Assembly: GCF_009914755.1 (NCBI RefSeq)
Contig: NC_060946.1
DNA: 64,000 nucleotides
Origin: the human T2T-CHM13v2.0 reference genome, Homo sapiens
Strand: one strand, 5' to 3'
The position numbers were made by a program, and so were the translations under genes. Below are positions 10,801 to 25,800 of the stretch, piece after piece; positions within the stretch are counted from its first letter, which is position 1; each line of letters starts with the position of its first letter. Below the pieces are notes generated by a model. The model was given only the letters and a program-made list of their open reading frames with translations, was not told where the DNA came from and did not search any database.

Positions 10801-13800
10801 TGTGCCTAAATTAACTTTTTGACATAACCCTGTACTGATCATCCAGGTGATGGAGCTTTTGTCTAGGCTCTGCCTAAGGGGGCATTGTGACATATTTCTG
10901 CATTGATCACCCAGGTGGCGAACTCTTCTCTCGTATCTGCCTATGGGGGCATTGTGAGAAATCTCTGCACTGATCACCCAGGTGATGTAACTGTTGTGTA
11001 ACCTCTGCCTACAGGGGAATTGTGAGAGATCTCGCCACTGATTACCCAAGTGATGTAACCGTTGTCTAGGCTTTGCGTACAGGGGGCTTTGTGACATACC
11101 TTTGCACTGATCACCCAGGTGATGTAACACATCTAAGTTCGGCCTAAAGGAGCTTTGTGACATATCTCTGCACTGATCGCTTAGGTGATGTAACACTTTT
11201 ATAATCATTGCCTACAGGGAATTTTGACAAATCTCTGCACTGATCACCTAGGTGATGTAACTCTTGTCTACCCTCTGTCCAACGGGGCATTGTGAAATAT
11301 CTCTGCACTGATCACCCAGGTGATTCAACTCTTGACTAGGAACTGCCTACAGAGGTAACTGTGAAATATCTCTGCACTGATAAACTAGGTGGTGTAACCC
11401 TTGTCAAAGCTCTGCCTACAGGGGCGTTACCACATATCCCTGAACTGATGACAGAGGTGATGTAACTCTTGCCTAGGCTTTGCCTATAGGGAACATTGGA
11501 CCTATATCTGCACTGATCACCCAGGTGATGCAACTCTTGCCTAGGCTTTGCCTACAGGGGACATTGTGACATATCTCTTCAATGATCACTCATGTGATGC
11601 ATCTCTTGCCTAGGCTTTGCCTACAGGGGACATTGTGACATATCTCTGCACTGATCTCCCAGGTGCTGTAACTTTAGTCTTGGCTCTGGCTACACGGCAT
11701 TGTGACATATCACTGCACTGATCAACCAGGTGATATAACTCTTGTATTGGCTCTGCCTACAGGGGGATTGAGACCTACCTCTGCACTGATCACGCAGGTG
11801 ATATAACTCTTCTCTAGGATCTTCCTACAGGGTACTTTGTGACATATCCCTGCACTGATCACCCAGGTGATCTATCTCTGATCTAAGCTCTGCCTAAAGG
11901 GGCATTGTGACAGATCTCTGCACTGATCACTCAGGTGATGTAAGTATTGTCTAGGCTCTGCTTCAAGGGGCCTTGTCACATATCTCTGCACTGATCACCC
12001 AGGTGATGTAACTCTTGTCTAGGCTCTGCTTCCAGGGCATATTGTGACATATCTATGCACTGATCACCTTAGTGATGTAACACTTTGCTAGGCTCGGCCT
12101 ACAGGGGAATCTTGACATATCTCTGCACTGTTAACCGAGGTGATTTAACTCTTGTCTAGGCTGCGCCCACAGGGGGATTGAGACATATCTCTGCACTGAT
12201 CCCGAGGTGATACAACTCTTGCCTGGTCTCTGCCTACAGTGGACATTGTGACATATCTCTGCACTGATCTCCCAGGTGCTGCAACTTTAGTCTAGGCTCT
12301 GGCTACACGGCATTGTGACATATCACTGCACTGATCACCCAGGCGATATAACTCTTCTCTAGGATCTGACCACAGGGTGCTTTGTGACATATCCCTGCAA
12401 TGATCACCCAGGTGATATACCACTTGCCAAGGCTCTGCCTACAGGGGCATTGCAATGTATCTCTGCACTGATCACCTAGGTCTTGTAGCTATTTTCTAGG
12501 ATCTGCCTACAGGGTGCTTTGTGACGTGTCCCAGCAAGGATTACCCAGGTGATGTACCTCTCATCAAGGCTCTGCCTACAGGCACATTGTGATGTATCTC
12601 TGCACTGATCACCTAGGTCATGTAAATTTTGTCTAGGCTCTACCTACGATGGCATTGTGACATATCTCTGCACTAATCATCCAAGTGATGTAACTCTTGT
12701 CTAGGATGTGCCTAAATTAACTTTTTGACATAACCCTGTACTGATCATCCAGGTGATGGAGCTTTTGTCTAGGCTCTGCCTAAGGGGGCATTGTGACATA
12801 TTTCTGCATTGATCACCCAGGTGGCGAACTCTTCTCTCGTATCTGCCTATGGGGGCATTGTGAGAAATCTCTGCACTGATCACCCAGGTGATGTAACTGT
12901 TGTGTAACCTCTGCCTACAGGGGAATTGTGAGAGATCTCGCCACTGATTACCCAAGTGATGTAACCGTTGTCTAGGCTTTGCGTACAGGGGGCTTTGTGA
13001 CATACCTTTGCACTGATCACCCAGGTGATGTAACACATCTAAGTTCGGCCTAAAGGAGCTTTGTGACATATCTCTGCACTGATCGCTTAGGTGATGTAAC
13101 ACTTTTATAATCATTGCCTACAGGGAATTTTGACAAATCTCTGCACTGATCACCTAGGTGATGTAACTCTTGTCTACCCTCTGTCCAACGGGGCATTGTG
13201 AAATATCTCTGCACTGATCACCCAGGTGATTCAACTCTTGACTAGGAACTGCCTACAGAGGTAACTGTGAAATATCTCTGCACTGATAAACTAGGTGGTG
13301 TAACCCTTGTCAAAGCTCTGCCTACAGGGGCGTTACCACATATCCCTGAACTGATGACAGAGGTGATGTAACTCTTGCCTAGGCTTTGCCTATAGGGAAC
13401 ATTGGACCTATATCTGCACTGATCACCCAGGTGATGCAACTCTTGCCTAGGCTTTGCCTACAGGGGACATTGTGACATATCTCTTCAATGATCACTCATG
13501 TGATGCATCTCTTGCCTAGGCTTTGCCTACAGGGGACATTGTGACATATCTCTGCACTGATCTCCCAGGTGCTGTAACTTTAGTCTAGGCTCTGGCTACA
13601 CGGCATTGTGACATATCACTGCACTGATCAACCAGGTGATAAAACTCTTGTATAGGCTCTGCCTACAGGGGGATTGTGACCTACCTCTGCACTGATCACC
13701 CAGGTGATATAACTCTTCTCTAGTATCTTCCTACAGGGTACTTTGTGACATATCCCTGCACTGATCACCCAGGTGATCTATCTCTGGTCTAAGCTCTGCC

Positions 13801-16800
13801 TAAAGGGGCATTGTGACAGATCTCTGCACTGATCACTCAGGTGATGTAAGTATTGTCTAGGCTCTGCTTCAAGGGGCCTTGTCACATATCTCTGCACTGA
13901 TCACCCAGGTGATGTAACTCTTGTCTAGGCTCTGCTTCCAGGGCATATTGTGACATATCTATGCACTGATCACCTTAGTGATGTAACACTTTGGTAGGCT
14001 CGGCCTACAGGGGAATCTTGACATATCTCTGCACTGTTAACCGAGGTGATTTAACTCTTGTCTAGGTTGTGCCCACAGGGGGATTGAGACATATCTCTGC
14101 ACTGATCCCGAGGTGATACAACTCTTGCCTGGTCTCTGCCTACTGTGGAAATTGTGACATATCTCTGCACTGATCTCCCAGGTGCTGTAACTTTAGTCTA
14201 GGCTCTGGCTACACGGCATTGTGACATATCACTGCACTGATCACCCAGGCGATATAACTCTTCTCTAGGATCTGACCACAGGGTGCTTTGTGACATATCC
14301 CTGCAATGATCACCCAGGTGATATACCACTTGCCAAGGCTCTGCCTACAGGGGCATTGCAATGTATCTCTGCACTGATCACCAAGGTCTTGTAGATATTT
14401 TCTAGGATCTGCCTACAGGGTGCTTTGTGACGTGTCCCAGCAAGGATTACCCAGGTGATGTACCTCTCATCAAGGCTCTGCCTACAGGCACATTGTGATG
14501 TATCTCTGCACTGATCACCTAGGTCATGTAAATTTTGTCTAGGCTCTACCTACGATGGCATTGTGACATATCTCTGCACTAATCATCCAAGTGATGTAAC
14601 TCTGGTCTAGGATGTGCCTTAATTAACTTTTTGACATAACCCTGTACTGATCATCCAGGTGATGGAGCTTTTGTCTAGGCTCTGCCTAAGGGGGCATTGT
14701 GACATATTTCTGCATTGATCCCCCAGGTGGCGAACTCTTCTCTCGGATCTGCCTATGGGGGCATTGTGAGAAATCTCTGCACTGATCACCCAGGTGATGT
14801 AACTGTTGTGTAACCTCTGCCTACAGGGGAATTGTGAGAGATCTCGCCACTGATTACCCAAGTGATGTAACCGTTGTCTAGGCTTTGCGTACAGGGGGCT
14901 TTGTGACATACCTTTGCACTGATCACCCAGGTGATGTAACACATCTAAGTTCGGCCTAAAGAGGCTTTGTGACATATCTCTGCACTGATCGCTTAGGTGA
15001 TGTAACACTTTTATAATCATTGCCTACAGGGAATTTTGACAAATCTCTGCACTGATCACCTAGGTGATGTAACTCTTGTCTACCCTCTGTCCAACGGGGC
15101 ATTGTGAAATATCTCTGCACTGATCACCCAGGTGATTCAACTCTTGACTAGGAAGTGCCTACAGAGGTTATTGTGAAATATCTCTGCACTGATAATCTAG
15201 GTGGTGTAACCCTTGTCAAAGCTCTGCCTACAGGGGCGTTTCCACATATCCCTGAACTGATGACAGAGGTGATGTAACTCTTGCCTAGGCTTTGCCTACA
15301 GGGAACATTGGACATATATCTGCACTGATCACCCAGGTGATGCAACTCTTGCCTAGGCTTTGCCTACAGGGGACATTGTGACATTTCTCTTCAATGATCA
15401 CTCATGTGATGCATCTCTTGCCTAGGCTTTGCCTACAGGGGACATTGTGACATATCTCTGCACTGATCTCCCAGGTGCTGTAACTTTAGTCTAGGCTCTG
15501 GCTACACGGCATTGTGACATATCACTGCACTGATCAACCAGGTGATAAAACTCTTGTATAGGCGCTGCCTACAGGGGGATTGTGACCTACCTCTGCACTG
15601 ATCACCCAGGTGATATAACTCTTCTCTAGGATCTTCCTACAGGGTACTTTGTGACATATCCCTGCACTGATCACCCAGGTGATATATCTCTGGTCTAAGC
15701 TGTGCCTAAAGGGGCATTGTGACAGATCTCTGCACTGATCACTCAGGTGATGTAAGTATTGTCTAGGCTCTGCTTCAAGGGGCCTTGTCACATATCTCTG
15801 CACTGATCACCCAGGTGATGTAACTCTTGTCTAGGCTCTGCTTCGAGGGCTTATTGTGACATATCTATGCACTGATCACCTTAGTGATGTAACACTTTGG
15901 TAGGCTCGGCCTACAGGGGAATCTTGACATATCTCTGCACTGTTAACCGAGGTGATTTAACTCTTGTCTAGGTTGTGCCCACAGGGGGATTGAGACATAT
16001 CTCTGCACTGATCCCGAGGTGATACAACTCTTGCCTGGTCTCTGCCTACTGTGGACATTGTGACATATCTCTGCACTGATCTCCCAGGTGCTGTAACTTT
16101 AGTCTAGGCTCTGGCTACACAGCATTGTGACATATCACTGCACTGATCACCCAGGCGATATAACTCTTCTCTAGGATCTGACCACAGGGTGCTTTGTGAC
16201 ATATCCCTGCAATGATCACCCAGGTGATATACCACTTGCCAAGGCTCTGCCTACAGGGGCATTGCAATGTATCTCTGCACTGATCACCTAGGTCTTGTAG
16301 ATATTTTCTAGGATCTGCCTACAGGGTGCTTTGTGACGTGTCCCAGCAAGGATTACCCAGGTGATGTACCTCTCATCAAGGCTCTGCCTACAGGCACATT
16401 GTGATGTATCTCTGCACTGATCACCTAGGTCATGTAAATTTTGTCTAGGCTCTACCTACGATGGAATTGTGACATATCTCTGCACTAATCATCCAAGTGA
16501 TGTAACTCTTGTCTAGGATGTGCCTAAATTAACTTTTTCACATAACACTGTACTGATCATCCAGGTGATGGAGCTTTTGTCTAGGCTCTGCCTAAGGGGG
16601 CATTGTGACATATTTCTGCATTGATCCCCCAGGTGGCGAACTCTTCTCTCGGATCTGCCTATGGGGGCATTGTGAGAAATCTCTGCACTGATCACCCAGG
16701 TGATGTAACTGTTGTGTAACCTCTGCCTACAGGGGAATTGTGAGAGATCTCGCCACTGATTACCCAAGTGATGTAACCGTTGTCTAGGCTTTGCGTACAG

Positions 16801-19800
16801 GGGGCTTTGTGACATACCTTTGCACTGATCACCCAGGTGATGTAACACATCGAAGTTCGGCCTAAAGGAGCTTTGTGACATATCTCTGCACTGATCGCTG
16901 AGGTGATGTAACACTTTTATAATCACTGCCTACAGGGAATTTTGACAAATCTCTGCACTGGTCACCTAGGTGATGTAACTCTTGTCTACCCTCTGTCCAA
17001 CGGGGCATTGTGAAATATCTCTGCACTGATCACCCAGGTGATTCAACTCTTGACTAGGAACTGCCTACAGAGGTTATTGTGAAATATCTCTGCACTGATA
17101 AACTAGGTGGTGTAACCCTTGTCCAAGCTCTGCCTACAGGGGCGTTTCCACATATCCCTGAACTGATGACAGTGGTGATGTAACTCTTGCCTAGGCTTTG
17201 CCTACAGGGAACATTGGACATATATCTGCACTGATCACCCAGATGATGCAACTCTTGCCTAGGCTTTGCCTACAGGGGACATTGTGACATATCTCTTCAA
17301 TGATCACTCATGTGATGCATCTCTTGCCTAGGCTTTGCCTACAGGGGACATTGTGACATATCTCTGCACTGATCTCCCAGGTGCTGTAACTTTAGTCTAG
17401 GCTCTGGCTACACGGCATTGTGACATATCACTGCACTGATCAACCAGGTGATATAACTCTTGTATTGGCTCTGCCTACAGGGGGATTGAGACCTACCTCT
17501 GCACTGATCACGCAGGTGATATAACTCTTCTCTAGGATCTTCCTACAGGGTACTTTGTGACATATCCCTGCACTGATCACCCAGGTGATCTATCTCTGAT
17601 CTAAGCTCTGCCTAAAGGGGCATTGTGACAGATCTCTGCACTGATCACTCAGGTGATGTAAGTATTGTCTAGGCTCTGCTTCAAGGGGCCTTGTCACATA
17701 TCTCTGCACAGATCACCCAGGTGATGTAACTCTTGTCTAGGCTCTGCTTCCAGGGCATATTGTGACATATCTATGCACTGATCACCTTAGTGATGTAACA
17801 CTTTGCTAGGCTCGGCCTACAGGGGAATCTTGACATATCTCTGCACTGTTAACCGAGGTGATTTAACTCTTGTCTAGGCTGCGCCCACAGGGGGATTGAG
17901 ACATATCTCTGCACTGATCCCGAGGTGATACAACTCTTGCCTGGTCTCTGCCTACAGTGGACATTGTGACATATCTCTGCACTGATCTCCCAGGTGCTGC
18001 AACTTTAGTCTAGGCTCTGGCTACACGGCATTGTGACATATCACTGCACTGATCACCCAGGCGATATAACTCTTCTCTAGGATCTGACCACAGGGTGCTT
18101 TGTGACATATCCCTGCAATGATCACCCAGGTGATATACCACTTGCCAAGGCTCTGCCTACAGGGGCATTGCAATGTATCTCTGCACTGATCACCTAGGTC
18201 TTGTAGCTATTTTCTAGGATCTGCCTACAGGGTGCTTTGTGACGTGTCCCAGCAAGGATTACCCAGGTGATGTACCTCTCATCAAGGCTCTGCCTACAGG
18301 CACATTGTGATGTATCTCTGCACTGATCACCTAGGTCATGTAAATTTTGTCTAGGCTCTACCTACGATGGCATTGTGACATATCTCTGCACTAATCATCC
18401 AAGTGATGTAACTCTTGTCTAGGATGTGCCTAAATTAACTTTTTGACATAACCCTGTACTGATCATCCAGGTGATGGAGCTTTTGTCTAGGCTCTGCCTA
18501 AGGGGGCATTGTGACATATTTCTGCATTGATCACCCAGGTGGCGAACTCTTCTCTCGGATCTGCCTATGGGGGCATTGTGAGAAATCTCTGCACTGATCA
18601 CCCAGGTGATGTAACTGTTGTGTAACCTCTGCCTACAGGGGAATTGTGAGAGATCTCGCCACTGATTACCCAAGTGATGTAACCGTTGTCTAGGCTTTGC
18701 GTACAGGGGGCTTTGTGACATACCTTTGCACTGATCACCCAGGTGATGTAACACATCTAAGTTCGGCCTAAAGGAGCTTTGTGACATATCTCTGCACTGA
18801 TCGCTTAGGTGATGTAACACTTTTATAATCATTGCCTACAGGGAATTTTGACAAATCTCTGCACTGATCACCTAGGTGATGTAACTCTTGTCTACCCTCT
18901 GTCCAACGGGGCATTGTGAAATATCTCTGCACTGATCACCCAGGTGATTCAACTCTTGACTAGGAACTGCCTACAGAGGTAATTGTGAAATATCTCTGCA
19001 CTGATAAACTAGGTGGTGTAACCCTTGTCAAAGCTCTGCCTACAGGGGCGTTTCCACATATCCCTGAACTGATGACAGAGGTGATGTAACTCTTGCCTAG
19101 GCTTTGCCTACAGGGAACATTGGACCTATATCTGCACTGATCACCCAGGTGATGCAACTCTTGCCTAGGCTTTGCCTACAGGGGACATTGTGACATATCT
19201 CTTCAATGATCACTCATGTGATGCATCTCTTTCCTAGGCTTTGCCTACAGGGGACATTGTGACATATCTCTGCACTGATCTCCCAGGTGCTGTAACTTTA
19301 GTCTAGGCTCTGGCTACACGGCATTGTGACATATCACTGCACTGACCAACCAGGTGATATAACTCTTGTATAGGCTCTGCCTACAGGGGGATTGTGACCT
19401 ACCTCTGCACTGATCACCCAGGTGATATAACTCTTCTCTAGGATCTTCCTACAGGGTACTTTGTGACATATCCCTGCACTGATCACCCAGGTGATCTATC
19501 TCTGGTCTAAGCTCTGCCTAAAGGGGCATTGTGACAGATCTCTGCACTGATCACTCAGGTGATGTAAGTATTGTCTAGGCTCTGCTTCAAGGGGCCTTGT
19601 CACATATCTCTGCACTGATCACCCAGGTGATGTAACTCTTGTCTAGGCTCTGCTTCCAGGGCATATTGTGACATATCTATGCACTGATCACCTTAGTGAT
19701 GTAACACTTTGGTAGGCTCGGCCTACAGGGGAATCTTGACATATCTCTGCACTGTTAACCGAGGTGATTTAACTCTTCTCTAGGTTGTGCCCACAGGGGG

Positions 19801-22800
19801 ATTGAGACATATCTCTGCACTGATCCCGAGGTGATACAACTCTTGCCTGGTCTCTGCCTACTGTGGACATTGTGACATATCTCTGCACTGATCTCCCAGA
19901 TGCTGTAACTTTAGTCTAGGCTCTGTCTACACGGCATTGTGACATATCACTGCACTGATCACCCAGGCGATATAACTCTTCTCTAGGATCTGACCACAGG
20001 GTGCTTTGTGACATATCCCTGCAATGATCACCCAGGTGATATACCACTTGCCAAGGCTCTGCCTACAGGGGCATTGCAATGTATCTCTGCACTGATCACC
20101 TAGGTCTTGTAGCTATTTTCTAGGATCTGCCTACAGGGTGCTTTGTGACGTGTCCAAGCAAGGATTACCCAGGTGATGTACCTCTCATCAAGGCTCTGCC
20201 TACAGGCACATTGTGATGTATCTCTGCACTGATCACCTAGGTCATGTAAATTTTGTCTAGGCTCTACCTACGATGGCATTGTGACATATCTCTGCACTAA
20301 TCATCCAAGTGATGTAACTCTTGTCTAGGATGTGCCTAAATTAACTTTTTGACATAACCCTGTACTGATCATCCAGGTGATGGAGCTTTTGTCTAGGCTC
20401 TGCCTAAGGGGGCATTGTGACATATTTCTGCATTGATCCCCCAGGTGGCGAACTCTTCTCTCGGATCTGCCTATGGGGGCATTGTGAGAAATCTCTGCAC
20501 TGATCACCCAGGTGATGTAACTGTTGTGTAACCTCTGCCTACAGGGGAATTGTGAGAGATCTCGCCACTGATTACCCAAGTGATGTAACCGTTGTCTAGG
20601 CTTTGCGTACAGGGGGCTTTGTGACATACCTTTGCACTGATCACCCAGGTGATGTAACACATCGAAGTTCGGCCTAAAGGAGCTTTGTGACATATCTCTG
20701 CACTGATCGCTTAGGTGATGTAACACTTTTATAATCATTGCCTACAGGGAATTTTGACAAATCTCTGCACTGATCACCTAGGTGATGTAACTCTTGTCTA
20801 CCCTCTGTCCAACGGGGCATTGTGAAATATCTCTGCACTGATCACCCAGGTGATTCAACTCTTGACTAGGAACTGCCTACAGAGGTAATTGTGAAATATC
20901 TCTGCACTGATAAACTAGGTGGTGTAACCCTTGTCAAAGCTCTGCCTACAGGGGCGTTTCCACCTATCCCTGAACTGATGACAGAGGTGATGTAACTCTT
21001 GCCTAGGCTTTGCCTACAGGGAACATTGGACCTATATCTGCACTGATCACCCAGGTGATGCAACTCTTGCCTAGGCTTTGCCTACAGGGGACATTGTGAC
21101 ATATCTCTTCAGTGATCACTCATGTGATGCATCTCTTGCCTAGGCTTTGCCTACAGGGGACATTGTGACATATCTCTGCACTGATCTCCCAGGTGCTGTA
21201 ACTTTAGTCTAGGCTCTGGCTACACGGAATTGTGACATATCACTGCACTGATCAACCAGGTGATAAAACTCTTGTATAGGCTCTGCCTACAGGGGGATTG
21301 TGACCTACCTCTGCACTGAGCACCCAGGTGATATAACTCTTCTCTAGGATCTTCCTACAGGGTACTTTGTGACATATCCCTGCACTGATCACCCAGGTGA
21401 TCTATCTCTGGTCTAAGCTCTGCCTAAAGGGGCATTGTGACAGATCTCTGCACTGATCACTCAGGTGATGTAAGTATTGTCTAGGCTCTGCTTCAAGGGG
21501 CCTTGTCACATATCTCTGCACTGATCACCCAGGTGATGTAACTCTTGTCTAGGCTCTGCTTCCAGGGCATATTGTGACATATCTATGCACTGATCACCTT
21601 AGTGATGTAACACTTTGGTAGGCTCGGCCTACAGGGGAATCTTGACATATCTCTGCACTGTTAACCGAGGTGATTTAACTCTTCTCTAGGTTGTGCCCAC
21701 AGGGGGATTGAGACATATCTCTGCACTGATCCCGAGGTGATACAACTCTTGCCTGGTCTCTGCCTACTGTGGACATTGTGACATATCGCTGCACTGATCT
21801 CCCAGGTGCTGTAACTTTAGTCTAGGCTCTGGCTACACAGCATTGTGACATATCACTGCACTGATCACCCAGGCGATATAACTCTTCTCTAGGATCTGAC
21901 CACAGGGTGCTTTGTGACATATCCCTGCAATGATCACCCAGGTGATATACCACTTGCCAAGGCTCTGCCTACAGGTGCATTGCAATGTATCTCTGCACTG
22001 ATCACCTAGGTCTTGTAGATATTTTCTAGGATCTGCCTACAGGGTGCTTTGTGACGTGTCCCAGCAAGGATTACCCAGGTGATGTACCTCTCATCAAGGC
22101 TCTGCCTACAGGCACATTGTGATGTATCTCTACACTGATCACCTAGGTCATGTAAATTTTGTCTAGGCTCTACCTACGATGGCATTGTGACATATCTCTG
22201 CACTAATCATCCAAGTGATGTAACTCTGGTCTAGGATGTGCCTAAATTAACTTTTTGACATAACCCTGTACTGATCATCCAGGTGATGGAGCTTTTGTCT
22301 AGGCTCTGCCTAAGGGGGCATTGTGACATATTTCTGCATTGATCCCCCAGTTGGCGAACTCTTCTCTCGGATCTGCCTATGGGGGCATTGTGAGAAATCT
22401 CTGCACTGATCACCCAGGTGATGTAACTGTTGTGTAACCTCTGCCTACAGGGGAATTGTGAGAGATCTCGCCACTGATTACCCAAGTGATGTAACCGTTG
22501 TCTAGGCTTTGCGTACAGGGGGCTTTGTGACATACCTTTGCACTGATCACCCAGGTGATGTAACACATCTAAGTTCGGCCTAAAGGAGCTTTGTGACATA
22601 TCTCTGCACTGATCGCTTAGGTGATGTAACACTTTTATAATCATTGCCTACAGGGAATTTTGACAAATCTCTGCACTGATCACCTAGGTGATGTAACTCT
22701 TGTCTACCCTCTGTCCAACGGGGCATTGTGAAATATCTCTGCACTGATCACCCAGGTGATTCAACTCTTGACTAGGAACTGCCTACAGAGGTTATTGTGA

Positions 22801-25800
22801 AATATCTCTGCACTGATAAACTAGGTGGTGTAACCCTTGTCAAAGCTCTGCCTACAGGGGCGTTTCCACATATCCCTGAACTGATGACAGAGGTGATGTA
22901 ACTCTTGCCTAGGCTTTGCCTACAGGGAACATTGGAGATATATCTGCACTGATCACCCAGGTGATGCAACTCTTGCCTAGGCTTTGCCTACAGGGGACAT
23001 TGTGACATATCTCTTCAATGATCACTCATGTGATGCATCTCTTGCCTAGGCTTTGCCTACAGGAGACATTGTGACATATCTCTGCACTGATCTCCCAGGT
23101 GCTGTAACTTTAGTCTAGGCTCTGGCTACACGGCATTGTGACATATCACTGCACTGATCAACCAGGTGATAAAACTCTTGTATAGGCTCTGCCTACAGGG
23201 GGATTGTGACCTACCTCTGCACTGATCACCCAGGTGATATAACTCTTCTCTAGGATCTTCCTACAGGATACTTTGTGACATATCCCTGCACTGATCACCC
23301 AGGTGATCTATCTCTGTTCTAAGCTCTGCCTAAAGGGGCATTGTGACAGATCTCTGCACTGATCACTCAGGTGATGTAAGTATTGTCTAGGCTCTGCTTC
23401 AAGGGGCCTTGTCACATATCTCTTCACTGATCACCCAGGTGATGTAACTCTTGTCTAGGCTCTGCTTCCAGGGCATATTGTGACATATCTATGCACTGAT
23501 CACCTTAGTGATGTAACACTTTGGTAGGTTCGGCCTACAGGGGAATCTTGACATATCTCTGCACTGTTAACCGAGGTGATTTAACTCTTGTCTAGGTTGT
23601 GCCCACAGGGGGATTGAGACATATCTCTGCACTGATCCCGAGGTGATACAACTCTTGCCTGGTCTCTGCCTACTGTGGACATTGTGACATATCTCTGCAC
23701 TGATCTCCCAGGTCCTGTAACTTTAGTCTAGGCTCTGGCTACACAGCATTGTGACATATCACTGCACTGATCACCCAGGCGATATAACTCTTCTCTAGGA
23801 TCTGACCACAGGGACCTTTGTGACATATCGCTGCAATGATCACCCAGGTGATATACCACTTGCCAAGGCTCTGCCTACAGGGGCATTGCAATGTATCTCT
23901 GCACTGATCACCTAGGTCTTGTAGAAATTCCTAGGATCTGCCTACAGGGTGCTTTGTGACGTGTCCCAGCAAGGATTACCCAGGTGATGTATCTCTCATC
24001 AAGGCTCTGCCTACAGGCTCATTGTGATGTATCTCTGCACTGATCACCTAGGTCATGTAAATTTTGTCTAGGCTCTACCTACGATGGCATTGTGACATAT
24101 CTCTGCACTAATCATCCAAGTGATGTAACTCTTGTCTAGGATGTGCCTAAATTAACTTTTTGACATAACCCTGTACTGATCATCCAGGTGATGGAGCTTT
24201 TGTCTAGGCTCTGCCTAAGGGGGCATTGTGACATATTTCTGCATTGATCCCCAAGGTGGCGAACTCTTCTCTCGGATTTGCCTATGGGGGCATTGTGAGA
24301 AATCTCTGCACTGATCACCCAGGTGATGTAACTGTTGTGTAACCTCTGCCTACAGGGGAATTGTGAGAGATCTCGCCACTGATTACCCAAGTGATGTAAC
24401 CGTTGTCTAGGCTTTGCGTACAGGGGGCTTTGTGACATACCTTTGCACTGATCACCCAGGTGATGTAACACATCGAAGTTCGGCCTAAAGGAGCTTTGTG
24501 ACATATCTCTGCACTGATCGCTTAGGTGATGTAACACTTTTATAATCACTGCCTACAGGGAATTTTGACAAATCTCTGCACTGATCACCTAGGTGATGTA
24601 ACTCTTGTCTACCCTCTGTCCAACGGGGAATTGTGAAGTATCTCTGCACTAATCACCCAGGTGATTCAACTCTTGACTAGGAACTGCCTACAGAGGTTAT
24701 TGTGAAATATCTCTGCACTGATTAACTAGGTGGTGTAACCCTTGTCCAAGCTCTGCCTACAGGGGCGTTTCCACATATCCCTGAACTGATGACAGAGGTG
24801 ATGTAACTCTTGCCTAGGCTTTGCCTACAGGGAACATTGGACATATATCTGCACTGATCACCCAGGTGATGCAACTCTTCCCTAGGCTTTGCCTACAGGG
24901 GACATTGTGACATATCTCTTCAATGATCACTCATGTGATGCATCTCTTGCCTAGGCTTTGCCTACAGGGGACATTGTGACATATCTCTGCACTGATCTCC
25001 CAGGTGCTGTAAGTTTAGTCTAGGCTCTGGCTACACGGCATTGTGACATATCACTGCACTGATCAACCAGGTGATATAACTCTTGTATAGGCTCTGCCTA
25101 CAGGGGGATTGTGACCTACCTCTGCACTGATCACCCAGGTGATATAACTCTTCTCTAGGATCTTCCTACAGGGTACTTTGTGACATATCCCTGCACTGAT
25201 CACCCAGGTGATCTATCTCTGGTCTAAGCTCTGCCTAAAGGGGCATTGTGACAGATCTCTGCACTGATCACTCAGGTGATGTAAGTATTGTCTAGGCTCT
25301 GCTTCAAGGGGCCTTGTCACATATCTCTGCACTGATCACCCAGGTGATGTAACTCTTGTCTAGGCTCTGCTTCCAGGGCATATTGTGACATATCTATGCA
25401 CTGATTACCTTAGTGATGTAACACTTTGGTAGGCTCGGCCTACAGGGGAATCTTGACATATCTCTGCACTGTTAACCGAGGTGATTTAACTCTTGTCTAG
25501 GTTGTGCCCACAGGGGGATTGAGACATATCTCTGCACTGATCCCGAGGTGATACAACTCTTGCCTGGTCTCTGCCTACTGTGGACATTGTGACATATCTC
25601 TGCACTGATCTCCCAGGTGCTGTAACTATAGTCTAGGCTCTGGCTACACAGCATTGTGACATATCACTGCACTGATCACCCAGGCGATATAACTCTTCTC
25701 TAGGATCTGACCACAGGGTGCTTTGTGACATATCCCTGCAATGATCACCCAGGTGATATACCACTTGCCAAGGCTCTGCCTACAGGGGCATTGCAATGTA

